Shown: positions 38,851 to 48,630, counted from the stretch's first letter. The stretch is 64,000 nt of DNA from an uncultured Spirochaetota bacterium (GCA_963835575.1 CAWIGG010000006.1:128001-192000); one strand, 5' to 3'. Notes: generated from the sequence alone by a model not told the origin. A program made the numbers and translations.

Positions 38851-38873
38851 GTTAAATGCAGTTGACCCCGCCT

Positions 38874-39221
38874 TTAATTGATTAATAAATTAATTTTTTC
38901 AATAACTTCTTCAAATAAATCATCAGATGCTTTAGTAATAAATTTAGCTTCCCTTGAAATCCAGTCTAAACTTTTGATTTGATCTGATAAGATTACACCA
39001 TCAATTTTACCTTTTATATTTATTCTAACTTCAAATGGATAATCTTTTATCTTTGATGTGATTGGGCAGAATAAAGCTAGTCCAACTTTTTCATTGTATT
39101 CTTTTGGAGATATTACAATGGCTGGTCTATGACCCGATTGTTCATGTCCACTTTGAGGGGTAAATAATAACCAAACGATATCACCCCTTGATGGTATATA
39201 ACTACCAGGCTTCTTTTCCAA
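38874..39221 (-). CDS. mazF: MazF/PemK endoribonuclease toxin, integron cassette
   Basis: YIPSRGDIVW, GHEQSGHRPAIVISP, CPITS, DQIKSLDW; TTG start after AGGAG. Confidence 0.93.
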   Translation of the reverse strand: MEKKPGSYIPSRGDIVWLLFTPQSGHEQSGHRPAIVISPKEYNEKVGLALFCPITSKIKDYPFEVRINIKGKIDGVILSDQIKSLDWISREAKFITKASDDLFEEVIEKINLLIN

Positions 39222-39441
39222 TTTGATCTCCTGTATTAACTTCATCATGAATATTAGTATCATTAATTTTGGATAATATCTCCTTTAGTTTTAGACTATG
39301 CTTCTTTGGAATAATAATGATTTTATTATCCTCTTTGATTAAATCGACATGAGATCCTTTTTTAAGATTAATATCTTTTGCATAATTAATAGGAATTCTT
39401 AAAGCTAAACTATTTCCCCATTTTTGAATAGAAACTTCCAT
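39202..39441 (-). CDS. mazE: MazE/AbrB-type antitoxin
   Basis: IQKWGNSLALRIP; C-terminal GKEAW overlaps the toxin gene. Confidence 0.93.
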   Translation of the reverse strand: MEVSIQKWGNSLALRIPINYAKDINLKKGSHVDLIKEDNKIIIIPKKHSLKLKEILSKINDTNIHDEVNTGDQIGKEAW

Positions 39442-39451
39442 AAAAACCTCC

Positions 39452-39494
39452 ATGTATCTACATAGAGTATACATTATTTGTTAATCAAAGTCAA
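39452..39494 (-). promoter_or_regulatory. mazEF promoter with palindromic operator
   Basis: TTGACT-N17-TATACT; ATGTAT-N11-ATACAT inverted repeat over the -10. Confidence 0.75.
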
Positions 39495-39503
39495 TACAAG
39501 CGG

Positions 39504-40838
39504 TCCGACTTCAAGACATAGGTTACACTTTAGCTTCAGGACATCGGTAACCCTTTTTGAGTACAAAATGCCCTTGAATTACTATTTCAGTATAGACCTA
39601 AATATAAAAGTATTCAAGTCCATACTACCTATCAGATTATTTTCAAACCACACATCCATAAAAGCTTTGCTTTTACTTTTTAAACCAATATGATAACCAT
39701 CCAACGCATTTGTAATAAATACACGCCGACCTTTATAATAAATGTAACCTCTGTTATTAACCTTTCTGCTGATGTATCCCTTGGGATATACAACCCAATC
39801 GGCTATCCCATCATAACTCCTAACCGATTTTATATAGACCATTGCTGGTGTTTTCATTCCAAGGCTTTCATGCGGTCTTTCCTCGTTGAACTCTTTTCTC
39901 CATTCGTTGAATACTGCCTGGTGCAGCTTCAGGCTACCGCTGATTTTGTTTTCCAGTTCCTTTTTCATATCCAGGTGCATCCTTTCATGTGCTCCGTTCT
40001 GATAGGGAGAGCCGGGATCAATTCTGTCCAGCTTTATGCCCAGAGACAACCACCATGCTGATAGTCTGGTTAAACCAAGTAAACCCTGTGTACTGGCAAA
40101 CGGCGGCCCATTATCGGATTTTATCATACTCGGTAATCCATATTGCTTGAAGAGTCTGTCAAATTCAAATTTGACGGAACTAATATCACCTTTTTGCAGT
40201 ATGGCTATGGATAAAATATATTTGGAATAATCATCACGTACTGTAAGTGGTTCGCATCTTTCCTGCTCGGAGGTATACCACCAGCCTTTGAAATCCACTG
40301 TCCAGATATCATTTGGTTTTTTCGGTGCTACCCTGTTCTGTATTCTTTCCGGATGTATGTGTCGTCTTCTTTTCCTTAATTCTACAAATCCGGCCTTTTT
40401 CAATATCCTTTCGACAGTGCTTAATGAAGGAATTTTATTATCCGGGTGGTTCCTGACATAAACCGACCTGATTTTCTTAGGTCCCCAATTCTGCTTCGTT
40501 TGCTTGATACGGATGATCTCGCAGATTATTTCTTCAGAAAGTTGATTAGGGCTTGAAAGCGGTTTCCTAGATTTTTCTTGAAGACCGGACAACCCTTCTT
40601 CATAAAACCTTTCTTTCCACTTATAACCGGTTTTTGTGCTGATCCCATATTCAGTACAAAGCTCGGTAAAGTTCACACCTTTTTGGAATGACTTTTCAAT
40701 AAAAGCTAATTTCAGCTTCATGATATTAACCTCCTTCCAGGGCATTGTCAGCCTCCTTAATGAGATCTGACCTAATTATACCTGGAAAGTGTTACCTATG
40801 TCCTGAAGCTTTTCCGTTACCTATGTCCTGATTTCACA
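39504..40838 (-). mobile_element. IS481-family insertion sequence inside the mazEF cassette leader
   Basis: Ends carry tandem TCAGGACATAGGTAAC-type repeats; one end is TGT, the other reads TCC; AGCGG duplicated (39499-39503, 40839-40843). Confidence 0.85.
39582..40745 (-). CDS. IS481-family transposase
   Basis: MPWKEV, ISTKTGYKW, WGPKKI, WTVDFKG, SDNGPPF, QNGAHERMH, NEERPHESL. Confidence 0.93.
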   Translation of the reverse strand: MPWKEVNIMKLKLAFIEKSFQKGVNFTELCTEYGISTKTGYKWKERFYEEGLSGLQEKSRKPLSSPNQLSEEIICEIIRIKQTKQNWGPKKIRSVYVRNHPDNKIPSLSTVERILKKAGFVELRKRRRHIHPERIQNRVAPKKPNDIWTVDFKGWWYTSEQERCEPLTVRDDYSKYILSIAILQKGDISSVKFEFDRLFKQYGLPSMIKSDNGPPFASTQGLLGLTRLSAWWLSLGIKLDRIDPGSPYQNGAHERMHLDMKKELENKISGSLKLHQAVFNEWRKEFNEERPHESLGMKTPAMVYIKSVRSYDGIADWVVYPKGYISRKVNNRGYIYYKGRRVFITNALDGYHIGLKSKSKAFMDVWFENNLIGSMDLNTFIFRSILK

Positions 40839-40850
40839 AGCGGCAATTGC

Positions 40851-40905
40851 ATTTAACGGTGCGGCTATACGACGTTTTGCGGCCCGCAGCGTTTTAGCCG
40901 CTGTT
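40851..40905 (-). other. attC site (59 bp when rejoined to R'' at 42628-42634), split by IS1182
   Basis: Rejoined minus strand GTCTAAC-AGCGGCTAAAACGCTGCGGGCCGCAAAACGTCGTATAGCCGCACC-GTTAAAT; stem GCGGCTA/TAGCCGC. Confidence 0.85.
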
Positions 40906-42627
40906 GAGTCTGTCGAAAAAGTGATATTTAATGTAAATTATTATCGATATAGCTTAAAATAATGAATGAAATAAATCAATAGCGGAAGGTTATATGGCAA
41001 GATACAAGACAGTTAATTATGAGCAGATGGAAATGATACCGCTCAATTTTTCAGATCAGCTGATCGAAGGAACATATGAACACACACTCAATTTCCTAAT
41101 CGAGGAAAAGGCTGACCTTTCCTGTTTTGATATAAATTATAAAAATGATAAAACAGGCTCGAAAGCGATTTCTCCGGCAATTCTTCTGAAAATAATCCTT
41201 TTTGCCTATTCGAAAGGTATTACTACATCACGCAGGATTGAGGAAGCTTGCCGGGTGAATGTCATCTTCAAAGCCCTGTCCGGGAATACCGTTCCAGACC
41301 ATTCCACTATAGCCGCTTTTGTTACCGGTATGAAAGACCGGATTAAAATAGTATTTCAGTTTGTGCTGATGGTCTGTTCTTCTGCGGGATTGATCGGCGG
41401 GGACATGTTCGCCGTTGACGGCTGTAAATTGCCTTCAAACGCTTCTAAAGAATGGAGCGGTACATTCAAAGACCTGAAAAAGAAACAGGAAAAGTTTGAA
41501 AAGCTGGCGGCATTTCTACTGGAAAAACACGCGCAAGCTGACTGCTCCGGCGAAAATGAAAAGTCTAAAGCGCTTCAAAAAAGATCGGAAAAAATACGGA
41601 AGAAAGCGGAGAAAATCGATGCCTTTCTCAAATCCCAGAATCCCAAATACGGCAAGCGGGGACGTGAAAACCAATCGAATATTACCGATAACGAAAGCGC
41701 GAAAATCAAGAGTTCCCACGGTGTGATACAAGGTTATAATGGACTTGCGGTAGTGGATTCAAAGCATCAGGTGATTACCGCGGCGGAAGCTTTTGGTTTA
41801 GGCCAGGAAGGGGAAGTATTGAAGCCGATGGTTGAAATAACGGAGGAAAATTTAAGCGTGATAAAAGGAGAAACAAATCCGCTGGAAGGAAAAACAATAC
41901 TGGGGGACACGAATTATTTCAGCGAAGAAAATCTAAAATATCTGGCGGAAGAAAAGAAGATGGAAGCTGTGATACCGGACAATCAATTTCGAGGGAGGGA
42001 TGAACGGTTTACCGATCGGGGAAGGTTCAAGCCGAAACCGATGAAATACCGGGAACACGATTTTGAAAAAAATGAAGCTGATAATACTTATATATGCCCG
42101 AATGGAAAAATATTAAGCTATAAGGGATACCAGAGGCAATTGAGTAATTTCGGCCATAAATATCAGGCCAGGCAGGCGGATTGTTCAAAATGCGGGAAAA
42201 GGGGACAATGCTTAAAACATCCCGATAAGACAAGGCAAAGAACATTATATCTGGTGGACAAAAGAGGGGATAAAAACTATTCAAAAGAAATGGTAAATAA
42301 AATTGATCTGCCGGAAATCAGGGATTTGTACAGCCGGAGGATGGGAATAATTGAGCCGGTATTCGGTAACATCCGTTCTTGTAAAGGTATGGACCGTTTT
42401 ACGCTCAGGGGTAAGAGTAAGGTTAATATCCAGTGGCTTTTGTTCTGTATAGTGCATAATATTGGTAAAATCCAGATATTTGGTAAGATTTAAGGGGGTG
42501 TTCATAGCCATAATACCGGCTTGAAATTGGAAAAATGGAAAATCCGGATAGAGAAATGAAAAATGATACTCTATCCGGCTTTCAGAAGACAGTTTTTATT
42601 CTCGTTTTTGGCTTTTTCGACAGGGTC
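40906..42627 (+). mobile_element. IS1182-family insertion sequence, complete, inserted in attC
   Basis: IRs GAGTCTGTCGAAAAAG / CTTTTTCGACAGGGTC; GTT duplicated at 40903-40905 and 42628-42630. Confidence 0.92.
40994..42493 (+). CDS. IS1182-family transposase
   Basis: LLKIILFAYS, SRRIE, PDHSTIAAF, VDGCKLPSNAS, NITDNES, QGYN, GDTNY, IEPVFGNI, VHNIGK. Confidence 0.94.
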   Translation: MARYKTVNYEQMEMIPLNFSDQLIEGTYEHTLNFLIEEKADLSCFDINYKNDKTGSKAISPAILLKIILFAYSKGITTSRRIEEACRVNVIFKALSGNTVPDHSTIAAFVTGMKDRIKIVFQFVLMVCSSAGLIGGDMFAVDGCKLPSNASKEWSGTFKDLKKKQEKFEKLAAFLLEKHAQADCSGENEKSKALQKRSEKIRKKAEKIDAFLKSQNPKYGKRGRENQSNITDNESAKIKSSHGVIQGYNGLAVVDSKHQVITAAEAFGLGQEGEVLKPMVEITEENLSVIKGETNPLEGKTILGDTNYFSEENLKYLAEEKKMEAVIPDNQFRGRDERFTDRGRFKPKPMKYREHDFEKNEADNTYICPNGKILSYKGYQRQLSNFGHKYQARQADCSKCGKRGQCLKHPDKTRQRTLYLVDKRGDKNYSKEMVNKIDLPEIRDLYSRRMGIIEPVFGNIRSCKGMDRFTLRGKSKVNIQWLLFCIVHNIGKIQIFGKI

Positions 42628-42686
42628 GTTAGACGCCGTTTGCACTTACCATGGAGTTATATGTCCGCCCATTTTTCGTAAACTTT

Positions 42687-43493
42687 CTACTCGATGCGGT
42701 AGGGTGTACCTCGTAAGAAGGATTTGACGACAACCGCAAAGCGCCCGGGCTGGTCATAGTGGACCCCATGGCCAGCTTCCCGGATTTGTTCAACCTGAAA
42801 TCTCGGATTAAGACGTTGCAGCTCTTCGGCAACAACAGACGAAACCACACCTTTATTACCAAATACGAGCAGGCTTGGAACATTAATCGCACTCACCAAT
42901 TGCTTATAATCAGGGATTGGTGGCGTGAGAACGTCGAAAGATGCCATACTGGTTTGAAGTCGTGCCTGGGCGATTAGCTCGAGTGTATCCGATGACCGAT
43001 TTGGGTGTCTACTCTGCAAATCTGCCAACAACTCCTCTAATGATTTACCGAGATTTCGTCGATGCTGATCGGCCACATCGCTATCGCAAACTTCACGCTG
43101 AACTTTTGGACTCAAGAATGTTGGATCAGTTAAGATTAGGCCACAGAGTAGCTTTGGGCTACGACTTGCTACTACGGCTGCAGTCATACCTCCCATAGAA
43201 TGTCCGAGCAGAACCGGAGGTGGAAGTCTTAGAGCTTTTATAAGGCCGACGACATCGTTTGCATGGTCTTCGTATCGGTACCCATAGTCAGGCACACTCG
43301 ACTTTCCATGACCTCTAGCATCCGGCATGATTACGTCATATTCTCCCTCTAGAGCATGTGCCAAAGCAGTCCAGCAGGCTCCATTAGCAGTTAATCCGTG
43401 TAGCAAAATTAAAGGGGATTTGCTTCCTCCGGTTCTCATGTAGTGTATGTTAATTCCGTTTGTTTCGCAGATTGCTGTACTCCAGTCAGTCAT
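42687..43493 (-). CDS. Alpha/beta hydrolase, integron cassette
   Basis: LLHGLT, PDARGHGKS, GHSMGG, AGHGVH. Cassette ends GTTAGGCGCCATTTGCAC / GTGCAAACGGCGTCTAAC are complementary. Confidence 0.9.
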   Translation of the reverse strand: MTDWSTAICETNGINIHYMRTGGSKSPLILLHGLTANGACWTALAHALEGEYDVIMPDARGHGKSSVPDYGYRYEDHANDVVGLIKALRLPPPVLLGHSMGGMTAAVVASRSPKLLCGLILTDPTFLSPKVQREVCDSDVADQHRRNLGKSLEELLADLQSRHPNRSSDTLELIAQARLQTSMASFDVLTPPIPDYKQLVSAINVPSLLVFGNKGVVSSVVAEELQRLNPRFQVEQIREAGHGVHYDQPGRFAVVVKSFLRGTPYRIE

Positions 43494-43578
43494 TTTTGGT
43501 CCCCTTCGATCATAAGATTCATGGTTTAGTATGTAATTGATGTCAACGCGGCGGCCGAGACACAAGCGTGCAAATGGC

Positions 43579-43605
43579 GCCTAACTCTATATAACCGAAA
43601 TTAGT
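43579..43605 (-). other. Array entry point (R' GTTAGGC) with an attI-like, non-hairpin upstream half
   Basis: Minus strand CTAATTTCGGTTATATAGA-GTTAGGC; no attC hairpin and no intI upstream. Confidence 0.5.
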
Positions 43606-43637
43606 TTTTAATAAAACATACGAAATTTCTTCCGTTC

Positions 43638-43666
43638 ATCTTAATCAAGCAATACTTTACTGTCAA
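43638..43666 (-). promoter_or_regulatory. Pc-like sigma70 promoter facing the cassette array
   Basis: TTGACA-N17-TAAGAT about 50 bp upstream of the first R'. Confidence 0.6.
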
Positions 43667-43708
43667 GACCAGATTTGTGGACTTTAGAATGATGTATGTA
43701 ATCAGCCG

Positions 43709-43880
43709 ATCCGCGAAAATCCGAGTTATCCGTACTATCCGTGTGCAGAATCGGATATTATATAAAAGCGGCGTTATTAAAATCTTTATTTAAAAATTTA
43801 AAGAATCGAAATTAAATTCCTCTCTGCGTCCTCGGAGCCCGGCCCCGACCCTGAGCCTTGGCGAAGGGTCTCTGCGGTGA
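43709..43880. repeat. Periodic-repeat arms (ATCCG x4 at 10/9/9-bp spacing; CTCTGCG type) with an embedded small hairpin
   Basis: ATCCG at 43709, 43719, 43728 and 43737; CTCTGCGTC...CTCTGCGGTGA; GACCCTGAGCCTTGGCGAAGGGTC at 43847-43870. Confidence 0.55.
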
Positions 43881-43885
43881 TAAGA

Positions 43886-45577
43886 TCAGATTGCATCAAC
43901 CATCTTCTCCAGCCAGTCTTTCGCGGGTCCCATGCTTTTCTCAAGTACCGCCGGATCGAAGGGCGATTCTAGTCCTCCAATCCTGACAAGTCTCAGGAAA
44001 GCGGCGCTTCCGCCGGCCATGCAGAGATTAAGATAATCCTTCCAGGAGCTTTCTCTATTTTCAAGGAACTTAATCCAGCACTGGAAGGCGCAGATCTGCG
44101 CCAGACTGTAATCGATATAATAGAAAGGATACTGGTATATATGAAGCTGGCATTGCCAGAACCCTCCTTCTTCGAGATACGGGTTCCCCGTGAAATCCCT
44201 GGCAGGGATATATTTTTTTTCCAGCTCGCGCCAGGCTTTGAAGCGCTCCACAGGAGTGAATGACGGGTTTTCATAAACAATATGCTGGAACTCGTCCACC
44301 AGGGCCATATAGGGCATTGACAGAAACGCTCCTGAAAGGTTCATAAAACGGTATTTATCGGCGTCCGGTCCAAAAAAACTTTCCATCCATGGCAGGGTGA
44401 ATAATTCCATACTCATAGAATTGATTTCGGCGGCTTCCAGGGTCGGGATGATGTATTCAGGCAGGGTGAAATGACTGCTCATATAGGCCTGGAAAGCATG
44501 GCCCGCTTCATGCGTCAACACGTTCACATCGCCTGATGTGCCGTTAAAATTGGAGAAAATAAACGGGACTTTGTATTTCGCCAGCCAGCCGCAGTATCCG
44601 CCCCCCGCTTTTCCGGGGCGGGTTTCCAGGTCCATCAATCCTTCATCCAGCATCCGGTCGAAAAAGCCGGCCGTTTCCCGTGATAACGTATGATACATCT
44701 CCCTTGCTTTCCGGATGATATCTCCGGGACTTCCGGTTGGTTTCGGATTTCCGTTTTTGAAACAGACCGGTAGATCATAGTAATATAGATGATCAAGACC
44801 CAGGCGGGACCTCTGGCTTTCCCGCAGGCTGTTAGCGGCGGGTACAAATGTTTTATAAATCGAATCGCGGAAATCTTTAACCATCGCCGCGTTGTAATCC
44901 AGCCTGGACAACCGGAGATAGGCGAGCGGTATGAAATTTTTAAAGCCCAGCTTTTTCGCTATCCGGTCCCGGATATTGACGAGATCGCCGAAAATCGAAT
45001 CCAGCTTCTCCCGGTTTTGCGAGAAAAACCCGAAATAGGCTTCGGAGGCCGGCCTCCGTGTTTCCCGGTCCGGCGATTCCCTGTATGGACCAAGCCCTGA
45101 TAGATTGAGTTTTTTCCCGTCGAAATCGATTTCCGCCGAGGCAAGAAGCTTCATGTATTCGGTGCAGAGCCGGTTTTCATCGGCGAGTTCTTCCATGATC
45201 CCCGGAATAAATGTTTTTAAAGCCGCTTCGGCGAGGTCGAAAAGCCGTCTGCCGAAACTCTTTGCCAGTTCGGGCCTGAACCCGGATCCTGTAATTGTCC
45301 GGTAGTAATCATCGATCAGGGCCTGATAGCGCGGCTGATTCGCGTCGAAGAACGCGGATTCCGAATCGTAAAAAGCGTCGCGTGTATCCAATGTCTGCCG
45401 TATCCTGGCCAGGTTCATGGCCGTTTCGAAATCCTCGCGTATGCCGTTTATTTCATGAATAATATGAGATTGGACTTCCGCGCTCCCGGCTTTATGGAAA
45501 GCGGCCAGTTTTTCCCGGAAATCTTTCTCCAGCCTGTCGAAATCAGGTCTTTGATAAATCATTTCGGAAAAACGCAT
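43886..45577 (-). CDS. M3 family oligoendopeptidase
   Basis: GKAGGGYC, PFIFSNFNGTSGDVNVLTHEAGHAFQ, EINSMSME, YPFYYIDY. Confidence 0.93.
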   Translation of the reverse strand: MRFSEMIYQRPDFDRLEKDFREKLAAFHKAGSAEVQSHIIHEINGIREDFETAMNLARIRQTLDTRDAFYDSESAFFDANQPRYQALIDDYYRTITGSGFRPELAKSFGRRLFDLAEAALKTFIPGIMEELADENRLCTEYMKLLASAEIDFDGKKLNLSGLGPYRESPDRETRRPASEAYFGFFSQNREKLDSIFGDLVNIRDRIAKKLGFKNFIPLAYLRLSRLDYNAAMVKDFRDSIYKTFVPAANSLRESQRSRLGLDHLYYYDLPVCFKNGNPKPTGSPGDIIRKAREMYHTLSRETAGFFDRMLDEGLMDLETRPGKAGGGYCGWLAKYKVPFIFSNFNGTSGDVNVLTHEAGHAFQAYMSSHFTLPEYIIPTLEAAEINSMSMELFTLPWMESFFGPDADKYRFMNLSGAFLSMPYMALVDEFQHIVYENPSFTPVERFKAWRELEKKYIPARDFTGNPYLEEGGFWQCQLHIYQYPFYYIDYSLAQICAFQCWIKFLENRESSWKDYLNLCMAGGSAAFLRLVRIGGLESPFDPAVLEKSMGPAKDWLEKMVDAI

Positions 45578-45634
45578 GGTAAAATCCTCCCTCTGTTTCA
45601 ATAATTTTAACTAATATTAGCAATACTATGCAAT

Positions 45635-46282
45635 TTACAGTTTTTGAATAACGGCCAAAACGGCAGGGACCTCATCCCTGCCGTTAAGCAAATCTTCACA
45701 GGCGACATTATTTATTTCCAAAATCTTCCAATCTTCTTTAAATGAGTTTTTCAAACTACTTTTATTGATCCCTTTCGGCCCGGGATGCTCATAATCACTA
45801 TTAACTCCCATTACAATATATAAACCGCCTTTTTTCAATATATTTTTTAAAGATTTCTCAAATAATAAAATATATTCGTCTGAAAGGTTATGCAGGAATC
45901 CGTCGTCAAAAACATAGTCGAATTCCTCTTTATAATCGTCCAGCTTAAAAGCATCCCTGACTTCAAACTTAATGTTCAATTTTTTATTTCCAAATTTTTC
46001 CCTCGCGGTATCGATCGGTTTCTGAATATAATCGATCCCGACGACCTCAAAGCCTTTTTCAGCGAGAAAAATCGATAAATCACCTGTTCCGCAGCCGACA
46101 TCTAAAATTTTACCTTTCGGCAGTTTACTTTTATTAATGTATTCTGCTAACGCTTTCTGAGGATGGCCGATATCCCATGGCGCGTAATCATTGTTTTGAT
46201 AAATATAGTCAAAAAATTCATAATTGAATCCTTTATTATTGAAACCTTTTTTCCCCTGCGAAATATTAAAATCCATAATCAA
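45635..46282 (-). CDS. Class I SAM-dependent methyltransferase
   Basis: APWDIGHPQ, ILDVGCGTG, FDDGFLH. Confidence 0.88.
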   Translation of the reverse strand: MIMDFNISQGKKGFNNKGFNYEFFDYIYQNNDYAPWDIGHPQKALAEYINKSKLPKGKILDVGCGTGDLSIFLAEKGFEVVGIDYIQKPIDTAREKFGNKKLNIKFEVRDAFKLDDYKEEFDYVFDDGFLHNLSDEYILLFEKSLKNILKKGGLYIVMGVNSDYEHPGPKGINKSSLKNSFKEDWKILEINNVACEDLLNGRDEVPAVLAVIQKL

Positions 46283-46412
46283 ACCCCATAAACGGCAGAC
46301 GAAGCCCTGCGGCCCGTAAGCCGGAACTACTATGCTGTATTTTAACTCTGGCCCGGCCGGAAATCAACACGAAAAGCCAGACCATGGACGGATTTATTTT
46401 TCAATCAATTGC

Positions 46413-46721
46413 TTATTTCTCGTTATTTTTCTTGTGTGGTTTTCCCGAGAAAATCCCAAGAAAAATTGCCCAAAAGCCGAACCCTGTAAAGACTAAAATT
46501 GTCGGCAGGTTCAAACCGAATTGATATTTGCACAATACGAGAATAATCAGTCCAAAGAATAATTGAACAACTCCCCATATTTTACTTGCCAGATACGGTT
46601 TTTTAGCTTTGGCGATCATGGGATGATGCTGTGTTTCATAAAATGAAAATAAATGCAAAAGGCTCATATGCAGGAATATTCCGGATAGAAAATAGAGAAA
46701 ATAAAATAAAATTTGAATCAT
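46413..46721 (-). CDS. Small hypothetical membrane protein
   Basis: AGGAGG RBS; three hydrophobic segments. Confidence 0.6.
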   Translation of the reverse strand: MIQILFYFLYFLSGIFLHMSLLHLFSFYETQHHPMIAKAKKPYLASKIWGVVQLFFGLIILVLCKYQFGLNLPTILVFTGFGFWAIFLGIFSGKPHKKNNEK

Positions 46722-46802
46722 GGTTTGTCCTCCTATATGCCATTATAATCAGCAGCCAGTGTGCTTGGGCCGTTTGTACTCCGGCTTGCCGGAAAGCCGT
46801 AA

Positions 46803-47692
46803 TTATGCCTGGATTTGTTTATCGTTTTGTCTGAGCATATCTGAAATCGTCACATCGGGGTGGTGGTAATCTTTTCCCTCAATTTTACACCAGTGATGAA
46901 TAGCCTTTGTTGGACACCATTCATCACAAGCAAGACACATTTCACAATGATGCTGCCAAACGGGCTTATTTTCAATCATTTTTATATTCTGGACAGGACA
47001 AACTTTTGCGCAAGTTGCGCAGCCATTGCATTTATCATCAACGTAAATACTTTTATCAGTTAATGGTATTAATTCATGAAAGCTCAGATTTGAATCTTCT
47101 GGTTCTTTAGCATTTTTTCTTAGTGATATAACAATATATTTTTTCATCATCTGGTACATGGGGTCAACAGCAAATTAATGAGTGATTTTATGGTTTTATA
47201 TTTGGCATTTTTCCTGCCGGTTATGCGCTGGCATATACCCACAATTTTATAGTTACTATTTTTGAATATAATTTCATGATTTCTCTCTATAGGAATTGGA
47301 ATATGATCATAATCCAGGTTGTTCATAGGAAGCCTTACTGAAAATTCTCCTGATAGTGTACCTCCCATTGATTTAATTAATGCAGCTACGCTTTTTAAAG
47401 TGGGAAGCGCGTTAACAAACCCATAACCTCCGTGCGTGCACACTGCAAATATGTATTTTACGCCGCTATATTCCAGTTTTTTGATAAATTTTTCTACTAT
47501 CAGTGGTATGCCATAAAGCCGAGCCAGATAACAGGGGAATACAATTCCGATATTATCTGCGCCTGTTTTTATGCTTTCTTTATCCATTACTGCCGGAATG
47601 GATATCAATAGTCCGCTTGTTTTCTTGGCTATATCCTTTGCCGCAGCCAGGGAATTCCCAGTGCCTGAAAAATAATAAATTTCGATGCTCAT
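46803..47692 (-). CDS. EFR1-family flavodoxin-ferredoxin fusion (one frameshift near 47161)
   Basis: YYFSGTGNS N-domain; CNGCATCAKVCP and CEMCLACDEWCP in the downstream frame. Confidence 0.85.
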
Positions 47693-47719
47693 ATTAAATC
47701 ACTCCAGACTTTTTACAAT

Positions 47720-47767
47720 ATTTTACATCATAATTTGGCGGTAATCAATGGGTATTTTATCCTACGG
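47720..47767 (-). promoter_or_regulatory. Sigma70-like promoter with operator shared with 23064-23111
   Basis: TTGATT-N17-TAAAAT preceded by CCGTAGGATAAAATACCCA. Confidence 0.6.
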
Positions 47768-47978
47768 CATATTGTCCGTCACGGATATCAGTAATTTATA
47801 TGGCATAGTTTTCTCCGGCCGGTGCGACACGGTTGCCGGCATACAGAGCTAAGGGTCTCTGCGTCTCTGCGGTGAATAATAACCTTTATAATTCATGACC
47901 TGAATTTTTCACCATATTTGTTATTTTTGCCGCATCATATTAAAATTATAATCTAATTATTTTATAGGATTATATTTT

Positions 47979-48630
47979 ATGACAGCTTTCTTTAGAACAA
48001 TAATCGCCTGGTATATGAGCAACATCAATTATTTTACGATCACCTGCCTTATGACGATCGAAAGCTCCTTTCTGCCGCTTCCCTCGGAAGTGGTGATCCC
48101 GCCGGCCGCATTCAAAGCCGCGAACGGCGAGCTCAATATCATCCTTGTTATTCTATGTGCTACGATTGGCTCGATTATCGGCGCTTTATTTAATTATACG
48201 ATTTCCATGTCTTTAGGGCGGGCTGTCATTCATAGACTGGCCAGGACAAAGCTGGCGCATCTCATTATGATAGACGAGCACTCGATTGAGAGAGCGGAAG
48301 CCTATTTTAATAAATTCGGGAGAAGCTCGACATTTTTCGGGCGTCTTCTGCCTGTCATCCGGCACCTGATTTCCATTCCCGCCGGTCTGTCTAAAATGAA
48401 ATTAAGGGATTTTATATTATTTACGGCCATTGGCTCCTTTATTTGGAATATCACGCTTTCCCTGCTGGGTTATTTTCTTTATTTCGCAGAAAGAGCTTCT
48501 GGACAAATATTTTAAGGAAATATCCTACGGCTTCATTATTATATGTGTTCTGTTCATAACTTATATCATATTGAAGGTATTTGTTTTTACGAAGCGCGGT
48601 AAATCCGGAAAAATGGTTAAAGATAACTGA
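47979..48630 (+). CDS. DedA family membrane protein (one frameshift near 48483)
   Basis: IESSFLPLPSEVVIPPA, FFGRLLPVIRHLISIPAG; the last TM helix is in the next frame. Confidence 0.88.

Noticed and set aside
43740..43768. dif-like site CGTGTGCAGAA-TCGGATA-TTATATAAAAG (8/11 to each E. coli Xer arm)
   Set aside because: The spacer is 7 bp rather than 6, and the left arm overlaps the end of an ATCCG periodic repeat, so the match is probably chance.
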